Shown one piece after another: positions 18,659 through 24,000 of a DNA stretch of 24,000 nt. The stretch is from Thermoanaerobacterales bacterium (lineage in GTDB: Bacteria > Bacillota > Desulfotomaculia > Desulfotomaculales > JASEER01). Numbering within the stretch: position 1 is the stretch's first letter; each line of letters begins with the position of its first letter. A model generated the notes under the pieces. That model was given only the letters and a program-made list of their open reading frames with translations. It ran no database searches and was not told the origin of the DNA. The position numbers and the translations under genes were made by a program. Location: positions 1-24,000 of the forward strand of contig JASEER010000010.1 in the NCBI GenBank assembly GCA_030019475.1, read 5' to 3'.

Positions 18659-19225
18659 ATGACCGGATGGGATCCCAGAACCATACCCGGCAGTGATTCT
18701 CCAGTCAGCGACTCTTCCGCCGCCGGGGAACACGCGCAAATCACCGAGGTCCTCAACCTCAGCCGGGCGGCGAAATGTATGCTTCTGGTCGGGGGACAGG
18801 TCGCCACCCTGGCGGTCGTCACCGCCCGCCTGGGCCAGGAGGAAATCAGGGAGCGCCACACTGTGGCCCAAAACGTCGGGCGGCTCTTTCACGCCTGCCG
18901 CCAGGTCCGGATCGCCCTTCCGGAACTGGCCATGCGGACGGACGAACTGTTGCAGGCCTGCTGTGACGCCGTGGAAGGGATCGAGGAGAACACGTATTCG
19001 GCCACCCGGAAGGCCATGCTGCATACCGTCCATAGCGTCTCCCGTCGGGTGCGCGAGCTGGCCGAGACGGTATCCCAAACCTGTTCCGCTCTGACCCCGT
19101 CAACGGAGGCCAGGCGCAACACGGTGGCCGGCATAGTTGCGGCCACGGATTCTCTTGGGCGTGTCGCCGGCCGGATGGAGAAAACAATGGGGTTGGAATC
19201 CACCGGGCTCGCCAACCCTTGCTGA
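18659..19225 (+). CDS. Hypothetical protein, predicted helical, Cys-containing
   Basis: AAGGAG RBS at 18643-18648. Strong GC3 bias in this frame, in contrast to the overlapping track ORFs. I recognise no family. Confidence 0.6.
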   Translation: MTGWDPRTIPGSDSPVSDSSAAGEHAQITEVLNLSRAAKCMLLVGGQVATLAVVTARLGQEEIRERHTVAQNVGRLFHACRQVRIALPELAMRTDELLQACCDAVEGIEENTYSATRKAMLHTVHSVSRRVRELAETVSQTCSALTPSTEARRNTVAGIVAATDSLGRVAGRMEKTMGLESTGLANPC

Positions 19226-19313
19226 TAGAGGGGCGGGCGGACAGCGGCGTGAGCCCCGCCGCACCGCCCGCCGTTCTACCGCTTTTTACTAAACCTACCA
19301 CCCCTCATCTTGG

Positions 19314-19348
19314 GCCGACCCGCTTCCCGGCGGGTGGGCTCCTTTTTT
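19314..19348 (+). terminator. Rho-independent terminator ending the usp2-hypothetical unit
   Basis: GCC-g-ACCCGC (19314-19323) pairs with GCGGGT-g-GGC (19330-19339), 6-nt loop, then TCC and TTTTTT (19343-19348). A second GC-rich hairpin (GGCGGGCGG 19232-19240 / CCGCCCGCC 19264-19272) precedes it. Confidence 0.75.
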
Positions 19349-19358
19349 GCCGCTACGC

Positions 19359-19387
19359 TTGACGGCGGCGCGCGCGCTCCTTATCAT
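19359..19387 (+). promoter_or_regulatory. SigmaA-type promoter placed for a leaderless transcript
   Basis: TTGACG (19359-19364), exactly 17 nt, TATCAT (19382-19387). ATG 19395 begins 7 nt after the -10, which is the expected TSS position. Confidence 0.5.
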
Positions 19388-19394
19388 AGGTGAC

Positions 19395-19694
19395 ATGCAA
19401 ACATTCTTTAATCCCACGCCGCGACAGTTGGAGATCATGGGTTTCCTGGCCGTCATGGGACCGGTGGATGAGGGGGACGTGGCCCTGGCCTTCCGCCTCA
19501 CCCCCGAGGACCTGCGCCGGGTGCCGGCATCCTTCGCCGACAGCCCGGGTGATTTCGTGGCCCGCCTGGAGTTGAAGGCCTTGCTCTCGGCCGGATACGT
19601 TTTCCATGACGGGGTGCTCTGGGGCCTGACCAACGAGGGGCGGAAGATGTGGCTGCTCAAGGGTCGGGCGCGGCCGAAACCCTACGGCTATTAA
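19395..19694 (+). CDS. Small hypothetical protein (99 aa); possible helix-turn-helix, weakly supported
   Basis: Strong GC3 bias. No usable SD (AGGTGA ends 1 nt before the ATG), but there is a promoter at leaderless distance. The ORF-track TTG 19347 lies inside the upstream terminator U-tract. Confidence 0.55.
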   Translation: MQTFFNPTPRQLEIMGFLAVMGPVDEGDVALAFRLTPEDLRRVPASFADSPGDFVARLELKALLSAGYVFHDGVLWGLTNEGRKMWLLKGRARPKPYGY

Positions 19695-19722
19695 CTCTCT
19701 GTTCTTGACGGTGAGCAATAAG

Positions 19723-19753
19723 GAACCCCGTCGATGGACGGGGTTCTTTGTTT
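19723..19753. terminator. Bidirectional intrinsic terminator between convergent genes
   Basis: GAACCCCGTC (19723-19732) and GACGGGGTTC (19737-19746) form a perfect 10-bp stem with a GATG loop. TTTGTTT follows on the + strand and CTTATTG on the - strand. Confidence 0.8.
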
Positions 19754-19789
19754 CAGGAGTGTTTGTTTTACCGGGCCGAGACCCTGGCC

Positions 19790-20500
19790 TCAGGCCTCAT
19801 GCTTGCCGCCGCTATGGGCGACGATGCCCAGACCCTCGAAGGTGTACAGGATGCCGAAGCCGTACCATACGGTGTAGAGAAGGTAGAAGACGAGCAGGAA
19901 CACGGTCAGGCCCATCACCGAATTCAAGGTGGAAACCTTAAGGCCGTAGAAGTTGTAGGTCGGCTCCAGGGCCTTCTCCATAATGGCCTTGGTGTAGAGG
20001 TACCGCGGCCCGGCGCCCCGAGCCGTGAGGTATGCTTTGTTGATCTGCTTCATCGAGTTGTACCAATAGTAGATGACCTCCCGGTCGTTGACGCCGGCGC
20101 CGTACTTGGCGGTGATGGTCTCCGGCTTGTTGTTGAAGACGGCGTCTGCGTCGGCCAGGCAGGCCTTGGCGATGTTCCCGAGGTCGCCGTCGACCTTGAT
20201 GTTCAGGCCCTCGGCCTTTACGTCGGCCCCTGCGGACTGGTAGAGCTTCGCGGTGAGCTGCGCTTCCTCTTCGCTCTTTGTCTTCAGGGTTATCGACACC
20301 GGGTCACCGACCCACTTGTCGGCCTTCTCCATCTGCTCCGGGATGTAGTAGGTCGAGCCCTTCGCCAGGGAGTTGAAGAGGTCGTCTGAAACCTCCAGGC
20401 CGGACCGGCCGTTCCAGACCGGGCCGAGCACTCCGATCAGGACGAGGGCGAAGGTTGCGAGCAAGGTGATCCCAATCCAGAGCTTTCTTTTATCGTTCAT
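19790..20500 (-). CDS. Hypothetical membrane protein: N-terminal TM, ~165-aa soluble domain, C-terminal hydrophobic segment
   Basis: AGGAGGTG RBS 6 nt before the ATG (complement of 20507-20514). MNDKRKLWIGITLLATFALVLIGVLG anchor. C-terminal VMGLTVFLLVFYLLYTVWYGFGILYTF. It starts 27 nt downstream of the TSUP gene stop, so the two are probably co-transcribed. Confidence 0.75.
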   Translation of the reverse strand: MNDKRKLWIGITLLATFALVLIGVLGPVWNGRSGLEVSDDLFNSLAKGSTYYIPEQMEKADKWVGDPVSITLKTKSEEEAQLTAKLYQSAGADVKAEGLNIKVDGDLGNIAKACLADADAVFNNKPETITAKYGAGVNDREVIYYWYNSMKQINKAYLTARGAGPRYLYTKAIMEKALEPTYNFYGLKVSTLNSVMGLTVFLLVFYLLYTVWYGFGILYTFEGLGIVAHSGGKHEA

Positions 20501-20527
20501 TATGGCACCTCCTTCGCGGTTGCGCTG

Positions 20528-21838
20528 CTAATGGCCCACTTCGGCCGCCGGGTGGGTTTCAACGTATGCCTGATGAGCCGCCCGGAACTTGGGCAGGTTC
20601 TTGAAGAATTCGTACATTACCCAGACCGCGAACCCGCCGACCAGGGCAAAGAACAGGACGACACCTATCGTATCAAGGATCTTCCCGGTGGCGTCGGCCA
20701 TCCGGATGTAGCCCAGGCTGGAGAGCTTCGCCGGCAGGGCGCAGGCGCGGTTGACGAAGCCGGCCAGGATGACGGTGGCGTAGAAGCCCTTGATCACGCT
20801 GCCCTTGACTACGCTGGTCACCATGGAGCCCATCTGGATACCGACGAGGGAGCCGAGAAGCAGGCCCATCGCCAGGGTGTAGAAGACGAACCCGTAGATC
20901 GCGTACTGGAAGATCGAGGCGTAGGCCGTGGTGAAGATGATTTGCAGGATGTCGGTGCCGACTGTGGTGAAGGTCGAGACGCCGAGGCCGTAGACGAACA
21001 TCGGGAAGGTCAGGAAGCCGCCGCCGACGCCCATGATCGCCGCGACGAAGCCGACGACAAAACCGCAGACGATCACCGGGTAGATCGGGATGCGCCGACC
21101 GCCGGGAACGACGCCCTGGTCGAACTTGATAGTGGGCGGGACGTTCAACTTCTGCAAGGCCTGCGCGAAACCGGTGGTGGTGCTGACGTCAGCGCCGGTC
21201 TTGTCGGCGCTCTTCAGACGCAGGTAGTCGTACAGAGCGTAGACGCCCAAGAAGCCGAGCATCAGGACGTAGACCGAGTTGATGAAGGCGTCGCTCATGG
21301 CCGGGCTTGATTCGTAAATGGCCCGGTTAAGCTTGCCGCCGAACGTCACGCCGGTGAACGACCCGACCACGAACCAGAAGGCGAGGCCCACATTCACGTT
21401 GCCCAGCTTGCTGTGCAGGACGGTACCCATGATCGCCTTGGCGAAGATGTGGAACTGGTCGGTGCCTACGGCCATAATCCCCCTGACGCCGGCGCTCATC
21501 AGGGCCGGCGTCAGGATGAATCCGCCGCCGGCGCCGATGCAGCCGGTGATCAGGCCGGCGCAAAGGCCGATGAACAGGGACATGAGGAAGGCCGAGGTGT
21601 TTACGAACTGCGGCATGTAGGCCTTGGAACCACCGATCGCGTCGGGCAGGGCCGCAAAGCCCAGCTGCACTCCCAGGGCGATGATCAGCGGCGCCAGCGC
21701 GATGAGCAGCCATTTCCGTCGCCTGGTAAGGATAACCCTGCTGGTTTCGATTTCCCACTTTGCCTGGGCCATCTGGGCGGCCATCAGGAAGTCATATGTC
21801 TGACGGCTGCCGGAGGCCACTTTCCTGAAGATACTCAC
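20528..21838 (-). CDS. TauE/SafE (TSUP) family anion permease, long two-repeat form
   Basis: Two TauE repeats with GCIGAGGGFILTPALM and IMGVGGGFLTFPMFVYGL. Polytopic. I prefer the GTG at 21838 (AAGGGGGTG RBS, 5-nt spacing) over the ORF-track TTG at 21877, which has no RBS. Confidence 0.88.
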   Translation of the reverse strand: MSIFRKVASGSRQTYDFLMAAQMAQAKWEIETSRVILTRRRKWLLIALAPLIIALGVQLGFAALPDAIGGSKAYMPQFVNTSAFLMSLFIGLCAGLITGCIGAGGGFILTPALMSAGVRGIMAVGTDQFHIFAKAIMGTVLHSKLGNVNVGLAFWFVVGSFTGVTFGGKLNRAIYESSPAMSDAFINSVYVLMLGFLGVYALYDYLRLKSADKTGADVSTTTGFAQALQKLNVPPTIKFDQGVVPGGRRIPIYPVIVCGFVVGFVAAIMGVGGGFLTFPMFVYGLGVSTFTTVGTDILQIIFTTAYASIFQYAIYGFVFYTLAMGLLLGSLVGIQMGSMVTSVVKGSVIKGFYATVILAGFVNRACALPAKLSSLGYIRMADATGKILDTIGVVLFFALVGGFAVWVMYEFFKNLPKFRAAHQAYVETHPAAEVGH

Positions 21839-21963
21839 GTTCGCACCCCCTTGATGGAGTAAGAGCTGGTTAGTCAAACGCCTAACGTATGAGGCCGAGG
21901 AGTGTAGTGATGATTTTTCTCGCGCTCACCCCCTTTCAGGGTTGGTATTCGTGGCAATTGGCC

Positions 21964-22001
21964 AAACAAAAAGGCCGAAACATCTTGCGATGCTCCGGCC
22001 T
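21964..22001 (-). terminator. Strong intrinsic terminator inside the 5' region of the TSUP operon (attenuator or small RNA end)
   Basis: The minus-strand RNA reads AGGCCGGAGCATC-GCAA-GATGTTTCGGCCT: a 13-bp stem, a GNRA tetraloop, then UUUUGUUU. Two stem positions are G:U on the minus strand but A:C mismatches on the plus strand, so the structure is strand-specific. Confidence 0.7.
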
Positions 22002-22030
22002 ATCGTTGTTCGATTCGGCGGAAAACCTAA

Positions 22031-22046
22031 AGTGACAAATTTCACA
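22031..22046. promoter_or_regulatory. CRP/FNR-type palindrome, site S3
   Basis: AGTGACAAATTTCACA (GTGA-N6-TCAC core). It starts 11 nt downstream (minus-strand sense) of a possible -10 TAAGAG (22063-22058), the same geometry as S1. Confidence 0.5.
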
Positions 22047-22089
22047 TTCACAGTCGCCTCTTACCCCAGCCGACTGATAAAGGACCAAC

Positions 22090-22105
22090 TGTGAACGGCT
22101 TCACT
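22090..22105. promoter_or_regulatory. CRP/FNR-type palindrome, site S4
   Basis: TGTGAACGGCTTCACT (GTGA-N6-TCAC core), centred 59 bp from S3 and roughly 45 bp upstream of the predicted minus-strand TSS. Confidence 0.5.
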
Positions 22106-22330
22106 ATGCTCTTGTTACCTTAAGGATAGTGACGTTACCGAATGAAGTCAAGAGCATTTTTCTCTACTTTGTTAGAATTTTGGATGTCAATATCTGAACA
22201 GCCGAAATTCCTAGACTGTCCGTTTTCCGACACTCCGGCAGGTATCGAGGCCCGTCGGCAACAGGATATGGCGAGGCGATGGCAGGTGAAACCGTGTCTT
22301 GAAAGGGACGGCCCCGGGGACAACACCGAT

Positions 22331-22346
22331 TGGCACCGGACTTGCT
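22331..22346 (+). promoter_or_regulatory. Sigma-54 (-24/-12) promoter of the CBS-histidine kinase operon
   Basis: TGGCAC-cggac-TTGCT matches TGGCAC-N5-TTGCW exactly, 54 nt upstream of ATG 22400. It is the only TGGCAC in the window followed by TTGC at the correct spacing. The downstream kinase is NtrB-like. Confidence 0.7.
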
Positions 22347-22399
22347 AAAGAGTTAGTCAGGGAAGCCGGCCGCGAGGCCTTTCAAGAGGGGGCAAGACC

Positions 22400-22753
22400 A
22401 TGTACGGCCTTACAAGTGAGAAGCTCGTTCGTGACCTGCAGGTCCCGATAGAAGAGTGCCTTAACATAGGAAAGGTTGTCAGTCTGGCCGCTGCGGCCCG
22501 AAGATCCAGGATAGGCCGCCCGTCCAAGGCGCGCGAAAGGGTCGCGAACGTGATGCAACCCATCCGCCTGAGCACCATTGAGGGTTCGGCCACGCTGGCC
22601 GAGGCGGTCCATGTGATGGTCAGGAATGCTGTCACGATCCTGCCGGTTTTTGAATACGGCCGGTTAACGGGGATTATCCATGCCGGCCGCGTTCTCGAGG
22701 AAGCGGCCAGGATTATGGGCGAGGTTGAGGACCAAGCGGTCAGCGGCCGTTAG
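22400..22753 (+). CDS. Small CBS-domain protein (one clear CBS motif)
   Basis: VMQPIRLSTIEGSATLAEAVHVMVRNAVTILPVFEYGRLTGIIHAGRVLEEA is a canonical CBS motif. GAGGGGG RBS at 22386-22392, 7-nt spacing. The stop lies 16 nt before the kinase start. Confidence 0.7.
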   Translation: MYGLTSEKLVRDLQVPIEECLNIGKVVSLAAAARRSRIGRPSKARERVANVMQPIRLSTIEGSATLAEAVHVMVRNAVTILPVFEYGRLTGIIHAGRVLEEAARIMGEVEDQAVSGR

Positions 22754-22769
22754 AAAGGGGGGTGCCTCG

Positions 22770-24000
22770 TTGCGCCGGCCATTCTTTGGACATAGCTTGA
22801 GATTTCAGATCATCGCCCTTGTAACGTTGATTTCGATTGCGCCCCTGGTCCTTGTCTGCTATGACCTTCTTTTTGCCAGCAAGAGCGAGCGCATCCTGCT
22901 CAACGACAAGGAAGCGCGCCTTGTAAGTATCGTCAACTTCCTTCACCATCAGGTGGCCCAGGAAATCGAGGGACACCACCCAACCGGCGCCCGGGAGCGC
23001 GACAGGATGCTGCAGGAGGGATTCGAACGGGCGGCGGGTACCCTGGCCAAGGACTACCCCGGGGTTCGCCTGGGCCTTTACATGGTGGACAGCAACCAGA
23101 TCTTCATCAAGGGTTTCCTGCACGAATACCGCGAGTTCACCCCCGCCGAACAGAAACAAAGAGAGGAGCGGGTCAAGCGCGAGGTCTTTGGCGGCATTCA
23201 AAAGGTTCTGGATACCCGGGAGGCGGTTTCGCGCGTCGGCCGCACGTGGGATGACCAGTTCCTGGAACGCCTGGTGCCGCTTGATATCGGCGGCAAGACG
23301 GTGGCCGTGCTGTGGGCCGAGGAGCGGATGCATCCCATTTTCGCCCAGTCGCAGAATTTCCGGGTTATCACCCGCTACGCCGTGCTGGCTACAATTCTCA
23401 TTACCGCCACCGGCGCTCTTTTCATCATTATTAATTTGACGAACAGGCTGATGCAGATTAAGAACGGGGTCCTGCAACTGGAGAACGACATCCAGGCCTT
23501 CTTGCCGGATATGCCCGGCGAACTCGGACAGATCACGAGGGCCGTCAACAAGATGGCCCAGGGGCTTGCCGAGAAGGAAGCGTTGCTGGAGCAACTCCGC
23601 CGCTCCGACTGCCTTACCGCCTTAGGGAGGTTAGTTACCGGGATCGCCCACGAGCTTCGTAATCCCCTGGGCATCCTCAAAGCGACGGTCCAGGTGATGG
23701 AGGAGGACTATGCCGAGGACAAGGACATCCAGGATTTTGTGCGCCGGCTGAACCAGCAGATTGACCGGCAAAACTCCATTGTCAACGAACTTCTTGACTT
23801 CGGCCGGCCCAGCAAGGGTGCCATGGAACCTCAGAGCGTCAACACTCTGATCGAGAAGGTCCTGCGCTTTACCGCTCCTTTCCTGCGCCAGCGCAAGGTC
23901 GAGGTGGAACTCAGCCTGGATCCGGACCAACCGGCGATTAACGGAGATGCCGAAAAGCTGAAGCAGGTTTTCGTCAACGTCATCCTTAACGCCGTGCAGG
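22770..24000 (+). CDS. Sensor histidine kinase, NtrB/AtoS-like (TM-sensor-TM-HAMP-HisKA-HATPase); 3' end outside the window
   Basis: My own translation from TTG 22770 (GAAAGGGGGGTG RBS, 5-nt spacing): MRRPFFGHSLRFQIIALVTLISIAPLVLV... with a second TM YAVLATILITATGALFIIINL. HAMP (PGELGQITRAVNKMAQGL). H-box LVTGIAHELRNPLGIL. N-box beginning VFVNVILNAVQ. The frame is open to the window end, so it is absent from the ORF track. Confidence 0.9.
   Translation, partial: MRRPFFGHSLRFQIIALVTLISIAPLVLVCYDLLFASKSERILLNDKEARLVSIVNFLHHQVAQEIEGHHPTGARERDRMLQEGFERAAGTLAKDYPGVRLGLYMVDSNQIFIKGFLHEYREFTPAEQKQREERVKREVFGGIQKVLDTREAVSRVGRTWDDQFLERLVPLDIGGKTVAVLWAEERMHPIFAQSQNFRVITRYAVLATILITATGALFIIINLTNRLMQIKNGVLQLENDIQAFLPDMPGELGQITRAVNKMAQGLAEKEALLEQLRRSDCLTALGRLVTGIAHELRNPLGILKATVQVMEEDYAEDKDIQDFVRRLNQQIDRQNSIVNELLDFGRPSKGAMEPQSVNTLIEKVLRFTAPFLRQRKVEVELSLDPDQPAINGDAEKLKQVFVNVILNAVQ

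Noticed and set aside
21920-22051. 43-codon minus-strand ORF starting at GTG 22051 with AAGAGG RBS (possible leader peptide)
   Set aside because: Third-position GC is only about 43 percent (my count), versus about 70 percent or more in real genes here. The ORF reads straight through the terminator hairpin and overlaps palindrome S3. Kept only as a remote possibility.
22170-22178. Extended -10-like TGtTAGAAT as a sigmaA promoter for the CBS operon
   Set aside because: It has no -35 element and would create a 215-nt leader. The exact sigma-54 promoter closer to the gene is the better explanation, although a secondary promoter cannot be excluded.
22135-22348. 68-aa (+) and 63-aa (-) ORFs in the TSUP / CBS divergent region
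   Set aside because: They have no properly spaced RBS, AT-richer sequence with mixed third-position composition, and overlap regulatory motifs (the sigma-54 promoter and repeats). They are more likely non-coding regulatory DNA.
22185-22399. Possible c-di-AMP (ydaO-type) or other riboswitch upstream of the CBS gene
   Set aside because: There are only loose resemblances (CGGGGACAAC, GGTGAAACC, CCGAAATTCC), in the wrong order relative to the ydaO consensus as I recall it. The sigma-54 promoter at 22331-22346 leaves only a ~43-nt 5' UTR.
22740-23930. Three minus-strand ORFs (22740-23594, 23375-23680, 23631-23930) that are the only track entries covering the window end
   Set aside because: The plus-strand frame from TTG 22770 translates into a textbook TM-HAMP-HisKA histidine kinase open to the window edge. 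The minus-strand ORFs are its shadows.

Overview
GC-rich DNA with strong GC3 codon bias. Gene content and order look like a spore-forming Firmicutes/Clostridia chromosome; I cannot name the organism from sequence alone. Bases 1-17260 are a single-strand (+) core block. It holds two spore/cell-wall enzymes (a GH18 hydrolase and a PBP5-type DD-carboxypeptidase) and a compact alpha-glucan cluster (DUF4912-like, a GH57 branching enzyme fused to a GT4 glycosyltransferase, GH15). These are followed by a Spo0B-like phosphotransferase directly upstream of obg, then proB-HIT-proA, a short amidase gene remnant, nadD, an RRM RNA-binding protein, rsfS, a stand-alone tRNA-Ala(GGC) with its own consensus promoter and terminator, and leuS. 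Bases 17260-24000 are accessory/regulatory. They hold two universal stress protein genes with an unannotated 34-codon membrane-peptide ORF between them, a helical hypothetical protein, and a small probably leaderless gene. On the minus strand is an operon of a 2-TM membrane protein plus a long TauE/TSUP permease. After it comes a near-consensus sigma-54 promoter driving a CBS-domain protein and an NtrB-like sensor histidine kinase that runs off the window; the ORF track omits this kinase because the frame never closes. The most notable signals are four copies of a CRP/FNR-type palindrome (GTGA-N6-TCAC) found only in the non-coding DNA of the stress/transporter loci, an SD-sequestering hairpin, a strand-specific intrinsic terminator inside the TSUP leader, and the GH57::GT4 fusion. 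I saw no rRNA, CRISPR array, IS/transposase, integrase or phage genes. Most long antisense or out-of-frame ORFs in the track are GC-rich shadow frames. All protein family calls rest on motifs read from the translations, not on searches.
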